Of a stretch of DNA of 64,000 nt, positions 46,826 through 60,652 are shown one piece after another (the stretch's first letter is position 1; each line of letters starts with the position of its first letter). The notes beneath the pieces are model-generated. The model did not search any database. It saw only the letters and a list, made by a program, of their open reading frames with translations, and had not been told where the DNA came from. The translations under genes were made by a program, and so were the position numbers. The stretch comes from Callorhinchus milii (taxonomy: Eukaryota): assembly GCF_018977255.1 (NCBI RefSeq), contig NW_024704742.1, positions 90,398,001 through 90,462,000 of the forward strand, in the 5' to 3' direction.

Positions 46826-47262
46826 AATTTTTTGTGGCCAGCTGGGTGTCTGACACATGCGGAAACTGTGCTTAAGAGTATTCAAACTAGACAGAGTTCC
46901 ACGTAGTGTATGTATATCACCTACATATGGATATTTGTCTGTTTGTCAGGCTGGCTCCGTTGGTAGCATTCTCACCTTTGAGACAGAGGTTGTAGATTCA
47001 AGCCCCACATCAGGACTTGGAACTCATCTAGTCTTATGTTGACACTGCAATGCAGTGCCACAGGCATGGTGCATTGTCAGAGGTGCCATTCTTCAGATGA
47101 GACATTAAACTGAGATACTATGGTACTATTAAAAAGAGAAGGGACCACCCATTCATTACCGCTTGGTTTGCAGGATTAACCAGGGCAAACTGAAGAATCC
47201 CCAATCCCAGTGCCCCTCCAAGTCCTGCTGATGAGCCAGGCTGGCAGTTCTGTCAACAGCCC
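46826..47262 (-). mobile_element. Family X copy interrupted by a Deu-SINE 5' part (46946-47140, plus strand)
   Basis: 46826-46936 is the reverse complement of the family X 3' end; 47140-47262 is the reverse complement of 12500-12627. Confidence 0.75.
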
Positions 47263-47904
47263 AAACATATATCTTCCAAAACAATAATTTCTAGGCATTT
47301 CTGTCATAAATGAAGTTTGATTTGGTTTCAATTTATTCATAAAATGTGAAAAAAATGTATAGGTCTCATATCAAAAATGAACTATACCCTTTCGCATAAA
47401 AAGACATTTCCATATAGGACCACAGCGTGCATCGTCAAACAGTACACAGAACTGAACATTCACAGCTATTTATATGAGTGAAATATTCTGTCATTCCTGA
47501 AAACTCAGAAGATGAAATACGATGTAACCTTGTCAGCTGTTTGTGCAGAGATTGCAAAGTCAGAAGCACTGGCTGGTTACAAAGGGATCCTCACAATTGA
47601 ATGGCACATGGATAAGAGTCTGTGTATAATGAATGTATCACACATCTCAGTTCCTTGAACGTGTGGTGCAATCTAAAATACAAGATTGGGTCAAATTAAT
47701 CCTTTTCTGGGGCCAATTACATCTCATCACACTCTACATTTACAGAGTATTTGCAACTACAGTATCTTAACAAAGAACAAAGGGTTGACATAAAACCTCT
47801 GGAAGCCACAAGACATTCTCATGATGTCTTGTCAGTGAAAGTCTGAGCATTTGCAGCTGATACTTTGGTGGAACAACCAGTTAATCAGATTTTCTCTAAT
47901 AAAT

Positions 47905-48225
47905 ACAACAACAATAACTTGCATTTATGTAGCATCCCGGTACACTTGGCAGTGGCTGAGTCTCAACCCGAGCCAGGGGGACAGGAAGTGGGGAGGTGAC
48001 CGTAAGCACAATCAAAAAGGAAGGTCTTTAGGTGGGATTTGAAAATTGGGAGGGAGGGGACAAGGTAGAGGGATTGAGGGAGAAAGTTCCCCAGTTTCTG
48101 GACGTAGTGGCTGAAGGCATAGGGAGGGGACGAGGGACGAACAGGAGGCCGGCTGCTTCTGTTGTGAGATACGGACGGAGGTGGGCAATGTGACAGAGGT
48201 GGAAAAAAGCGACCCTGGTCAGGGA
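47905..48225 (-). mobile_element. L2 3' fragment with internal deletions
   Basis: acaacaacaataacttgcatttat tail; AFSHYVQKLGNFLPQSL. Confidence 0.8.
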
Positions 48226-49467
48226 ACGGAAGTAATAAACACAATAAGATAGTGTGACATTTAACAAGAAGCTGGGTGGACAATTGCTCAGTCTTTGAAT
48301 AGATAGGGTAATAGCTATGTGTCATGAAAAGCCTGTTAGCAGCTCTAACAGAACAGCATATAAGGGATCTAACTTAACAGTAAATGTGTCTGGTGAAATC
48401 CTTTGAGGCACCATTTCTCATTATCACATCATCCTAACTGCAGCATTTCACACCTATAAGTTGCTGACGTGTGATGGTCAGACTCATAAGAGAGAAGAGA
48501 CCGCTGAGAAATGAGTGCAAAGAAGATGTTCGTGTTTTAATTTTGCTGGGGTTCTGCTAATGTCCTTGAAACCGAGTTTACCCCAAATCCTTTCAAGTCA
48601 TCTGAATGGTGAGCTGACCATGAGTAGACTGTGTTATCAAATCAGGTTGGATATAATGGGAGCAGCAAGAGCAGACTCAACTCACACAATAACCAACCCA
48701 ACTCACCCTGGGATAGCAGCAGTTCACTAACTTTGATATACTTCTCACATCAGGAGGAGGACTCAAAGTGCAGGATATACTCATAGTATAGCGACTGTGT
48801 TTTTTGTAGGTGAATGCATTATGAAATAACACAAATTACATCCTGATGTTCCTTTATTTTTCCTTTGAGTCTCTTGTATTTAATCAATTAGGATCCTTTT
48901 TTTAAGAACTTAACCAAATGCGACAGTATCTAAAATGCTGAAGTGCAAAAATTGTGAAGTCTGGTGAATCAATAATATCAACCAGATGATTTGCATTTAG
49001 TCCACATATATAATTTGTCTCGAAACACAAATGTTTATAAGGCGGGTGCCCTGTGGACTGTTTCTTACCAATCCTAATTATGTAAAACATTTAATTACTC
49101 TCCATTATCTGTACAATTATCAATAAAGCTCCAACACCCACACTCAAGTCTGAGATCTGATGGGAACCAAAAAGCTGATATTCTATCAGATTCACCAGAT
49201 AAACAATTCTGTGGGTGTCTTGCAGGAAAAAAGATTGCCGGGCATTCAAATCACCAACAGTGAAACAAAACAAAAGAGAAAGGGAATCTTTGAATTCTTT
49301 GCTAAAGGGTTGCCCTTGGAATGAAAAATATCAAACTAATCGACTTAGTTTAACGAGAGAGAGAAAAATAAGGGCTATTAAGTAAAGCAGAAAGATTTTA
49401 ATTTTTAGGCTTCTGAGGAAAATACTAAAACAGTTGGTATCTTCCCCAGAAGTCTAAAAATTAAAGG

Positions 49468-50617
49468 CTCACACCGCATCCACTTCATCTCCACCAACGG
49501 TTTCTCCTCTAGCCCCCGCACAGTCTCGTGCAGCGTTCCTCAGGTCTCTGTCCTTGGTCCCCTCCTCCTCAATATCTACATGCTCCCACTTGGTGACATC
49601 ATCTACAAGATCATCTGTAGACATGGGGTCAACTTCCACATGTATGCGGATGACACCCAACTGAACCTCTCTGCCTCCACCCTTGACTCCAGGACCACTG
49701 CTGTCCTGACAGAATGTCTGTCAGACATCAAGTTCTGGATGAGAGTTCATTTTCTTCAGTTGAACATCAGCAAGACCGAGGCCCTCCTGATTGGCTCCCG
49801 TCAGCACCTCCACACCTCAGGCGTTGACAGTATCACCATCCATGGTTGCACACTCCACCTTGCTAAGCCAGTCCGGAATCTTGGCATCTGGTTTGATCCT
49901 CAACTATCCTTTCTACCCCACATCCATGACATGACCCGCTCTGCCTTCCCCCACCTCTGCAACATTGGCCGGCGCCACCATTATCTCACACCACAGGTCG
50001 CCAAAACCCTGATACACGCTTTCATAACAGCAAGGCTTGATTAGGCTTATCAGTCCTTGTTTGTCGGACTCCCAAACTCCCTCCATAGGCTGCAGATCAT
50101 CCAGAACTTTGTAGTCCGTGTTCTCTCCTCACCAGGCTCCGTGACCCTATCAGCCCCATCCTCCCCTGACTCCACTGGCTTCCCATCACACACAGGATAC
50201 AGTTCAAGATCCTGGTCCTCATCTCCAAAACCCTCCACGGTCTTGCTCCACCCTATCTCTACGACCTCCTAACCCCCTACCATCCTGCCTGCTCCCACCA
50301 CTCAGCAGTCCCCGACCTGCTTCGTGTCCCCCACCTCGCCTGCCCCACAATTGGTGGGTTGGCCTTCTGCCACTCTGGCCCCATCCTCTGGAACTCCATC
50401 CCGCAGTCTCTCCACCTCGCCCCCTACCTTGCCTCTTTCAAGACCCATCTCAAGACCCTCCTCTTTGATCATGCTTTCGATCACCCTGCTTCCCCCCCTG
50501 CTCTCCACATTCCCTGACCCCGACCACCAGCTCAGGTCTGAAACACTGACTGTCCAGCACCTTGAGACGTCCTCCAGACATGAAAGGCGCTCTACAAATG
50601 TAATTTTGTTGTTGTTG
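49468..50617 (+). mobile_element. L2 subfamily B, 1.15 kb 3' part, followed by further L2 scraps to ~50980
   Basis: VPQ.SVLGPLLLNIYMLPLG, YADDTQL, FDPQLSF, AFITARLD; (TTG)n tail. Confidence 0.95.
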
Positions 50618-51134
50618 GTATCGTTGACACTTAGGGTTAGGGTGCCAGGGACGAGCAGGAGGCCAGTACCAGTCGAATGGTGGTACTGGGTGGTGGATTG
50701 GGGAATGAGGAGGTCGGAGAGGTAGGGAGGTGGAAGAAGGCAGTGCTGGTCAGGGGCCAGATGTGGGAGAGGAAGGACAGCTGGGGATCGAACCCAGACA
50801 CTAACTATGGGCAATAAATGTTGGCCATGATGTTTTGAATATACAGTAGAATCTGCTTTTAGACCTAGCTCTTTGACTACACCTATGGTCACCTCCCTGT
50901 CGTTCTACGTCTAACGCTGCCACTGTGCTGCACTCTGAGATGCGTATCTACATGAAGGGTGCTATATAAATGTTGCTTATCCAAGTGTCCTGTGGACTGT
51001 TTCTTACCAATCCCAATCATTTCAAACATTTAATTACTCTCCATTGTCTGTACATATATTAATAATGCATTAAGACAACTTGCCAGTGAAGTGATGAATG
51101 AAGCCATTAAAACATCCACTTTATCTTTTTTCGC

Positions 51135-51843
51135 CCCTGAGACCAAGCATCCACTCAGTGTGTTGACAACCCTAGTAATGGGGGAAGAATAATAGTAATC
51201 CTTGCATTCAATTTAGTGCCTTATCACACCACTGAGACGTCTCTAAGCACTTCAATACTGCAGTAACTGTCTACTTGAAGGTGAATGTGGCACCCAATAT
51301 ACACATAGCAAAGTCATAGGAATATCCATGAAGTGAATGACCATTTTATCTGGGGGATTGTTGGTCAGGACACCAGGAGAAACTCCATTCTCTTTTTGAA
51401 TAGTGCCAGGGGATCTATAGGGTATAGGGTTCACCTGAACAGGACATTGAATTAATGTCTCATCCAAAGAACGTCAGCCAGGACTGTGAGCTCAAAATCC
51501 TGATATGGGACTTGAACCCACAAGCTTCTGACTCAGAGGCTCCACCAACTGAACCAGGCTGTTACTGAGCGCAGAGTGGGGTTTACAAAAGACAGTCTCA
51601 ATGACAAACTCTGCTGTTTTAGCTGGATAAACTCCAACATTAGCTCAACGTACCCTCTGAGGTCCCAACCTTTGCTTTTGACAACCTGCACCATATACTC
51701 TCTGGAATTAGGTAAGCAGGGTGAGTCCCTTCAATCAGAGAGTGCACATTCCATTCCAGATACACAAAAATGTCCATGTGTGGTTTGGGTTCTCTTAAGC
51801 ATACTGCTGGGTTTCCTGCTTGTGTCAGATGCCAGAAAAAAAA
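51135..51843 (+). mobile_element. Family X copy interrupted by a Deu-SINE (51188-51562, minus strand)
   Basis: gttttagctgga, acctgcacc..ctctggaattaggtaagcagggtg, ctcttaagcat..tgtgtcagatgcc-A-run match 12630-12945. Confidence 0.7.
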
Positions 51844-53476
51844 TAGGGTTAAATTGTAATATTCCTAATATTCCGATGTTAAAATGTGTTTTGATACAAC
51901 ACCTCCCCTCCAGACAAAAGGCAGATTGGATTTCAGATTTTGCCCTTCCATTGAGCCTCTGCAAGGAATTGACAAACCAATAGCCTATAAAGAAAAGCCT
52001 GAAAAGCTGCTCTCATTTCAAAAACCCTACTAAGAGAGAATCCAAGACGATAATTATCACAGGGAAAGCGATATGAAATGTCACAGGTTTCACCTCTACA
52101 AGTGAAAGAGGTTCCCAATAAAGTTTATAGCCACATCACACAACACTGACAATTTGCAAAAAATTGTGCTCCTTTACAATATTGATTTTGTTCTTGTTCT
52201 GTCAGTACATGTCCATAGCTTTCTTACATAAGACAATGCTGAATCTGTAACAGTCAGTAACACTGCATTGCAGATGACTTTGGACAACAAAGCAGCAGGA
52301 GCTTAAATCGAGTTGGAGAGCTTGTGCAGTGTATCTGCCGTGTAATCGCAATGGCAAGTCAAGAGCAGAAATGCTAACACGTTAGAAACCGGATCTTCTG
52401 AACAGTGCAACCAGGAAATTCAGAAGCCACATTCCCTTTTTTGTGCTGATGTAACACTTTACCAAGTGGGGTCCTAGAGGACACATCTGGGCTGCTATTG
52501 CATTGACATTAAGAGTTATACCATGACACAGTATTGTAATTGCAGAAACATCAGAGGCCCAGAATTGCTCACGTATTAGCCTGCAAGAACTTTGCCTTAA
52601 AATCTAAGACAGTACAGAATTTTATAAAATTCTCTCTTAATTTGAATGTTGATTCTTCTTAAGAACTAAGGAAAAACAGGCTTCCAAACTAAGATTGAAT
52701 TGAAGAATTTTCTTAATAATTAATACCATTTACTGGTCTTAAAGCTAAGAAACATTGAGCCTCAGTTGTCTGGTTAGATCACTTTCAAATACCAAAAGAG
52801 ACCACACCTGCCTGATTATGAGAACAGTGAACTTTCAGTCCATCTTTAATGGAAGGTAAAAACTACTGGCCAACTCTTCCTAAAGAGATTTAATGTAACC
52901 AATCAATTTTAATTATTGATTTCGCCCACAAAATATGCAGTCAATTCACTTTACAGTATATTCTGTGAAGCACTTTGAGTCATCTCGAAGACATGATCAG
53001 GTGCTATATCAAATGCAAGGATTATTATTAATTATGATTTTTGAATGTTGTAAGTGATCAGTGTTTTTCTAGCAAGCTTATGTATTTCACATCACTTTAT
53101 ATCCACAATGGTTTAACACACAAGTGATAGATCGTCCTCATTTCTTATGTTTGGCTGATGTTAATCAGCACAGTTAATACATTGCTATGCAGAATGCCAT
53201 GCCATTGCCGTGCAGAATGTTGGGCACATCAGAGCAGAAGTGCAATCTGTCTCCAGAAATTCTCATGGGCCCATAAATCACTTAGAGCAGAAAAAGATTT
53301 GCTATTCACCATTAGCTGTCCATTATTTATATTATTCTACCTTTTAAACTCATAAACATACATTTCTTTACAGGAATATTCTTGCAGATCAATGAAAGGG
53401 AATAATATTTCCACCAGTACAAAAGAAAATGCCGTTTCTTCCCAGATAGGTACATTTTCATGACGAGGTTGGGTCT

Positions 53477-54045
53477 AACAACAACAACTTGCATTTATAT
53501 AGGGTCCTTTGCGTAGGGTAGCATCTCAGAGAATTTTATAGGGATGAGGGTTGGACACCGAATCAAGGAGGAGGGAAGGAGGGATTGAGGCCATAGACAC
53601 ATTCAAACTGGCAATTTGCAGCAGAACTTAAAGACAGAAAGAGAGGGAGTCAGGTGATAAGAGTGCAGCTGTTGGACTTACAAGCTCACTGTCCTTTGTT
53701 ACTGATGCCCAACCACAAGTAGTCAACTGAAAAAAGGGTTCAAAAGTCAAAGTTTCACCAGATACTACTGAATCTGTCCTTGGAATGAGACATTAAACTG
53801 AAGTCTGATCTGCCTGTTCAGATGGACGTTGAAGATCCCATGGCACTATTTGAAAAGAGAAGAGAGTTTCTCCAGGTGTCCCAGTCAACAATCCCCCAAA
53901 TGAAATTGGTCACTCACTTCACAGCTATTTGTGGGATCTTGCTGTGCACAACTGATCAGCTGCGTTCACCTACAAATGCGCAGTCACTCCACTTCACAGT
54001 AAATCCTATGAAGCGCTTTGGGACATCTTCTTGATATAAAGAGGA
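53477..54045. mobile_element. L2 3' end (53477-53650, minus) and Deu-SINE 3' part (53775-54045, plus)
   Basis: aacaacaacaacttgcatttatatag; atgagacattaaac..ctgcctgttcagatggacgttgaagatcccatggcactatttgaa. Confidence 0.8.
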
Positions 54046-54845
54046 CTGCTGCGCCGAATCCCAGAGTTAAGCCAGTAGCAACAACAACTTACATTTATAC
54101 AGTGCCTTGATGGGGGGCAGGGTCTCGAAGCGCTGTTTCCTATGAAATATTAGTGAAAAAAAGAATTCTCCACAATGAAACACAATAATATCAGTACAAA
54201 ATCCTTGTACCCAACTCCTGGGCCAAAGTCACAGAGGGATGGGGTTCATTCCGTCCTTGGAAATAGAAGGAAAAATGCAATGTTTCTTAAGGTAAATTTA
54301 ATAGCTCATTTGATAATATCGAATGAATCATGAAAGATCACATTTATCATCCCAAAAATCACATAACGTTACGGATAGGTAGATTTCCAGAGGGAAGGTG
54401 TGGTGACGATTGTACAGTTATAGGGTTTTTGAAGCTGAGTGCTTCTGAACTGAATTTACCAGAGCTGAACCAGATTGGTCATGCAATTTTACTTGTAAAA
54501 ATGTGACAGATTCTACACTTGTGAGACTGGCTCCTTACAGCACAATTTATATGTTTGGAAACCTAACAAATTGCATGCTACAGTTCAGGAGCTAGTGTGT
54601 TGCTTTAAGAGCATGAGAATAAGTATATATCAAGAATACACAGTAACTACACATGGAATAATGGGTACCAGAGAGCAATTACAAGACAACAATCTGATAA
54701 AGGGGCTCACATGAAAATGTTGTGGTTAAGAATGATCACTCGAACCCTAGAAATGTGGTTAACGTCTTGAAATCTGCAAGAATTTAACCCATTGAATATT
54801 GCTTTTGTGGTAACTCATTATAACACACAAGGCAACCCCTTTACA

Positions 54846-55127
54846 TAATAATAATCCTTGCATTTGATATAGCGCCATATCATGGCGTTGAGATGTCCCA
54901 AAGCACTTCACAGAATATTCTGTAAAGTGGATTGACTGCATATTTAGTGGGCTAAACGCAGTAACCAAATATAACAGCAGTGTCCCCCAACAGCCATGGA
55001 GCAAGTGACCAATTTGTTTTTGAGGGATTATTATTCCCAGAAAGCGATCCGCCGATCAACTAACAATCAACAATTGATTCCTACTTACTGCTAGGTAAAC
55101 AGAGGCATATAGAGTAAGGAAACTTGA
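54846..55127 (-). mobile_element. tRNA-Ala SINE, long subfamily, lacking the head
   Basis: ctacttactgctaggtaaacagaggcat block plus tail. Confidence 0.85.
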
Positions 55128-55154
55128 CTTAGTGATCAGTCTTAATCTCCATGA

Positions 55155-55232
55155 TTTTTGTTTGGTTAGCTGGCTGCCTGACACCTGCAGAAACCTATCA
55201 TTGTGTTTAAAATAATCCAAACCAGACTAACT
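55155..55232 (-). mobile_element. Family X 3' fragment
   Basis: ttttgtttggttagctggctgcctgacacctgcagaaacctatca..atccaaaccagact. Confidence 0.7.
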
Positions 55233-56039
55233 GTGATTATCGGGTATCATCTCCAACCACAATCAATTACTAAAATAGCAGATTCCTCCCTCTCCCTCTG
55301 CCCTTTTTACTGCTCTCACTCAGTGCCTAAATGTTTACTCGTGTTTCATACATCACTTGTTGCAGTGAAGTCAAGGTGACCACTACCAATAAAGTGCAAA
55401 TTAAAAACAAATTGAAACAATCATTCAAAAATAACTCACCTAAAGGAATAGCAGTGCTGCCTTGAATTCAAATATGCTGGCTTTCGAACAGTGTCTTGTG
55501 TCAAGATTGTTGGAGTCAGAGGAATGGGCAAGTTCTCCGCTTATATTGCTTTAACAACTAATTAGCTTTCGATTTATAAACCTCCGAACCAGATAGAGCG
55601 ACAAATCAAATTGGAATGAATTCAAAGGAGAGCTCTGGGTGACAGCGATAATCATAATTTATTGTTTCCCACAGCAGCACAGATTTCACAATCCTCTGTT
55701 AATGAAATAGCCTCTGGTTTTCGAGGACTGTGCTCTGGCAAAAGCTCTTCAAGGCTTCCTCTCGGACATATCACAGTACTATCAATTCAAACAGTGCCAT
55801 GTTGCACCAAGAATAAGCAGATCACCAGGCCAGGGCAAGAAGGGGGTGGGTGGGGATAGCATGGACCGGGTCAGAGCAAGAGGAGGTGGGAGGGAACGGG
55901 ACTGCGCTGGAGCAAGAGAGGAGGGTATGCTACATGTACAGAATACAGAGCAAAGGAGGGATAACCGTGAGTGTCATCAAAACAAATGTGGGACCAGCAA
56001 TATCAGGACAAAACACTTGAAATTCGCAACACGCTGTCA

Positions 56040-56850
56040 AAAAATAACATGCATTTGCAGGTATATAGCGCCCTTCACATTGGATGACATCTGAACACTT
56101 TACAATGGCGCATTCAGTCGCCGAGCAGGGGAGAGGGAGAGGGGAGAAGGAAGAGGTGCCCATAGCTGCAGTTCATTAGGTAGGTTTTAAGACAGATTTT
56201 AAAGACAGAAAGAGAGGGAGTGAGAGGGAGCAACCTGCAGAGGTCAGGTGTAGAAGGTGAAGGCTCAGCCACTGATGGTGGCACAGAGAAGGTGGGGGAC
56301 ACACAGCAGCAACAACAACTTGGATTTCTATAGTGCCCTTTATGCAGGACAGCATCTCAGAGACGTTAACAGTAGCAGAGCCTAACCCTGAGCTAAGGGA
56401 GGGAGGAAGTGGCCATAAGCACAGTCAGAGAGGAAGGTCTTCAGGCATGATCAGAAAAAGGTGAAGGAGGGCGTAAGGCGGAGGGATTGAGGGAGTTCCA
56501 AAATTTTGAGGCATAGTGGCTGAAAGCACAGCCATCAATGGTGGTTTGGAGGGGACTAGAGACAAGCAAATGAGTGGGATTGGAGGAGATCACAGAGATA
56601 GAGAGGTGCTACGGCATGAACAGATTTATTTACAGTTGAACAGAGAGTGAGGACCTTGAAATCTATCCTTTGGGAGACAAGAGGCCAGTGGAACCTGATG
56701 AGAAATTCAGTTATGGGCATATGGAGTTTATGGGTGAGAAGGCAGAATTTGGATTAGTTGCAGTTTATGGACGGTGGAGCTGGGAGGCCGGTGAGGACTA
56801 CATTTGAAAATCTAGACAGAAGGTAACTAAAAGGCGAATAAAGGTGAGAG
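56040..56850 (-). mobile_element. Two adjacent degraded L2 3' fragments (56040-56300 and 56305-56850)
   Basis: Two L2 tails; gcatagtggctgaaagcacagccatcaatggtgg; reverse complement encodes HKLQLIQ. Confidence 0.8.
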
Positions 56851-57786
56851 ATTATCAGCAAATTAAAAATGTCCACACTACAATACCTTTGGGCAGTTTA
56901 TGTGTATTTGTACAGTCTCCATGAAGAATGTCAGGCTTGTAACCCATCATCTCTTAGGCTAAAATAAATAAACTTTGTACATTTTATATGAGCTAAAAAA
57001 TAATTAGCTGGAAATTTCATTTTATTTGAATATGTCATGTCGTGCTCACCTTCAATTGATTAATTTGTACCAATAAAAAAAACACAGAACAACTCCTCCA
57101 ACAAATAGAATTTGGCTCCGCAAACACATACACGATTAAATTTAGAAGGGGTGAATTGCATTGTGTGATGTGCTAAATAACACCTATAGTGTTAATTAAC
57201 ACAATTATTTATAAAAAGCAACCTTACGATAATACATTAACTGGTATGATTTGCTGAAATTGGCTTTACCGATTTGCTGAAATTCCCCCTGCTTTCCCCA
57301 CTCCCCCCTCTCCTGCGCTCACTTACTCTCCACCAAACCCCCTTTTGAATGGTTGCACTAAGAGGCCAGCAGCACCATTCACTGACTCCCTGGCTCAGTA
57401 TTGACCACTGATGAGTATAGTATTGACCAATTTTCGCCCACAAATCATAGTCACTCCATTTTACAGTAGATCCTATGAAGTGTGTTTGAGCTATCCTCCT
57501 GACGTAAAAGATGCTGTATCAAATGTAAGATTATTAATATTGGCTTCACTCTGATTTTTCTGTTTTGTTCAGCCAGTCTCCTACCCAACTACAAGCCCAT
57601 TACCAGCACCACCAAACAGGGCACCAGCAGCCTCTGGCCACAACAATTGGAAATGGTGTCGGGGGTGGAGCTGGGGTTCCATCACCAGCATACATTGGGG
57701 ACCAGTTAATGTCTTAATTATTGTGTTCGCCTATAAAATACAGTTACTGCACTTTACAGTATATCCTGGAGGTCCTGTTTACATTG

Positions 57787-58190
57787 TATCAGTCTGGCTC
57801 AGTTGGTAGCAATCTTTTCGCTGAGTCAACAGGTTGTGGGTTCAAGCTGCACATTGGGACATGAACTCACATAATTTAAGCTGACACTCCAATGCAGTGC
57901 TACATTGTCAAAGGTGCAGTCCTTCGGATGAGACATTAAATCAAGGTCCCTTTTGAGGATGTTAAAGATCACACGCCACTGCTCGAAAAGAGAAGGGAGT
58001 TTCTCCCAGTATCCTGATCCAATCCCCTAAATAAAATTGGTCATTCACTGCATGGTTGTTTGCTGGACATTGCTGTGCACAAATTTGCTGCCATGTTTGC
58101 CTACGATGACTCCACTTTACAGTATATCCTGTGAAGAGCTTCGAACATCCTCCGAACATAAGGCGCTATATCAAATGCAAGGATTATTAA
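57787..58190 (+). mobile_element. Deu-domain SINE, near full length
   Basis: gtatcagtctggctcagttggtagc head; gtccttcggatgagacattaaa; tail atatcaaatgcaaggattatt. Confidence 0.87.
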
Positions 58191-58653
58191 CATCGTCATA
58201 AGGTTGGGCAATATCTATATTAATTGGTATTATAAGTGTTATTTAACATATCATGCATCACAATTTCTACCTCACATTCTATAAATTATACCACAGGATA
58301 TTGTTTTACCCCCAAAGTTGATAATGATCCTTCTAATCGAATATCAATAGCCTTCCTAAACCTGAGTGATATCCTGGAGAGTCCTAATTGATAACTGTTG
58401 TTTAACTCTTGATAACTTGTAGTTATTAGATCCCAATCATACGAGAACCCAGAATGAAACAAGGTCGTTTGAACTTTCATTCAACTCCTTCCACAAACTA
58501 CATAATCCACACCTTGGATTCCACCCAGTCCACTCAGTCTCTTGGGGTAAAATACATCATCACAAGAAGTGCTCTCTTCCTAGACATTTAATCATAGCGT
58601 GAGTAGCTCAAGACATGGAAAGGACTGCCCAAGACAGGCATTTTCCTATTTTG

Positions 58654-59390
58654 CAGGCTGGCTCAGTTTAATAATAATAATAATAATCCTTGCATTTAAT
58701 ATAGCGCTTTTCACGTCGGGAGGACGTCCCAAAGCGCTTCACAGAACACACTGTAAAGTGAATTGACTGTATATTTGTGGGCGAACGCGGCAGCCAATTG
58801 CGCACAGCAATGTCCCACAAACAGTCGTGGATTGAAAATGACCAATTTATTATTGTTTTTTTTTGGAGGGATTATTATTAGGCTCTGTGTGGAGTAAGGA
58901 AACTTGCCCAAGGTTTCACCCTGCCTGGAATTGAACTCAGGTCTCTCACTTGCAAAGCGAGTGCTCTAGCCACTGAGCTACAGGTCTCCACAGTTTGTAG
59001 CATTCTCACTACTGAGTAAGAAAGTTGTGGGTTCAAGTTCCACATCATGACTTGGACTTCATATAGAAGTGTGCTTCATTGTCAGAGGTGCCATCCTTCC
59101 AATGAGATGTTAAATTGAGGTCTCGTCTGTCTGTCCAGATGGATGTTGAAGATACCATGGCACTCTTTGAAAAGAGAAGTGAGTTTCTCCCAGGTGACCA
59201 ACCCAATAAACCCCAAATAAACTCCATGGGTGGTTGTGGCATATTGCTGTGCACATTGGCTGCTGCGTTCACTCACAAAATACAGTCACACCACTTTACA
59301 GTATATCCTGTGAACCAATTTGATAATGATGTGATATGGCACTATAACAAAAGTAAGGATTATTATTTCTTCGATTATTATTATTATCTT
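58654..59390 (+). mobile_element. Deu-domain SINE split in its A box (58654-58669 and 58991-59390)
   Basis: The halves rejoin as caggctggctcagtttgtagcattctc. Confidence 0.85.
58670..58990 (-). mobile_element. Full-length young tRNA-Ala SINE, TSD cagttt
   Basis: Reverse complement near-identical to 5221-5535; cagttt at 58664-58669 and 58991-58996. Confidence 0.95.
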
Positions 59391-60234
59391 TTAGCTTCTA
59401 TTGCTAAAACAGTTTTTAATCCTACCTGATAATTTTCCATTAATTCCATGAACTTCCACCCACTCTGAAGGTCTGCCGTTTGAACGTTATTAAATGCCTT
59501 CTGAAAATCCAAGTATATTATGGTTATCTCCTATTTTAGTTATCTCTTCAAAGGGAATTTTAGGGTAATAATAATAATCCTTGCATTTGATATCGTGCTT
59601 TTTACATCTTTTAGACGTCTCAAAGCACTTAGAGGAATATCCATTCCTTCTAAATCTAAGCTGACTGCTCCTTGTAGCATCTTGGTGTCCTCATTTAAGG
59701 ATAGACATTGTGCATGAAGTTTCCATGTCTGTTGTGTTACTGGGAGAAGACAAGCTTCACAGTATACATTACAGATAAATAATAGATACACAGGAACATC
59801 ATTCAGGTAGTAATCTCATTGAAATGTTCAGACAATGGCATCGTATCACTCGCATTGACGGAACAACAGTGGTTTACTTGGCTGGATTACCTCTGTGCCC
59901 AGCATTTCGTTTACTTCGCATCTACTGAATGATACATCGTCACTCACGCACAGTAATTCCAGTGTTTTAAAGTACTCTCTATCCACTAACTACAAATGAT
60001 TGACTGTAGCTCTATATCATACAACACAAGGGGCTCCATTGAGGCCCTTGTGTAAACTTCTGTACCATGAGTTTGGGCACTGGTTTTAAAACGTTTAATT
60101 TTATACATGAATTTTAACCTTGAGAAATACGATCTGGTATTTTCCATCACTGGACGTGTGATTTGGTGATATATCAGTAGGCTATGTGGGATACTGTAAC
60201 ATTTGGTTACACTGCCTGGCCACAGGTTGTACTG

Positions 60235-60652
60235 TCGCTATTATTCCTTGATGTTGCGACAACACTGAAAAGTATCAAAACGCTTCAGAATTTTCTGCAA
60301 AGTGTATTGGCTATATTTATAGAAGAGCACAGCAGCCAATTTGCGCACATCAGCGTCCAACAAACAACCATATTTGTTTATTTGCCCAATTTATCTGGGG
60401 ATTTCTTGACCAGTACACTTCTGAGAAACTTCGCTTACTTTTCAACTAATGGGATGGAATTTATGGGATCATTAACATTCACCTGAATAAGTCAATGAGA
60501 CCTCAGTTTATTGTCTCATCCATTGGACGGCACCTCCAACATCTTTCCCAGCAGTGCAGTCTCAGCCTAGATTTATGAGCCATGACGTGGGCATTAAACC
60601 CGCAACCTCATGACGTGAGGTGAGAGCGCTACTAACAGAGTCAGCCTGACAC
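60235..60652 (-). mobile_element. Deu-domain SINE, degraded
   Basis: gcagccaatttgcgcaca, gacctcagtttattgtctcatcc, gagagcgctactaacagagtcagcctgacac. Confidence 0.75.

Noticed and set aside
60024..60053. Short hairpins (also 13030-13052 and 47808-47832)
   Set aside because: Stems of 9-13 bp with no family or functional context
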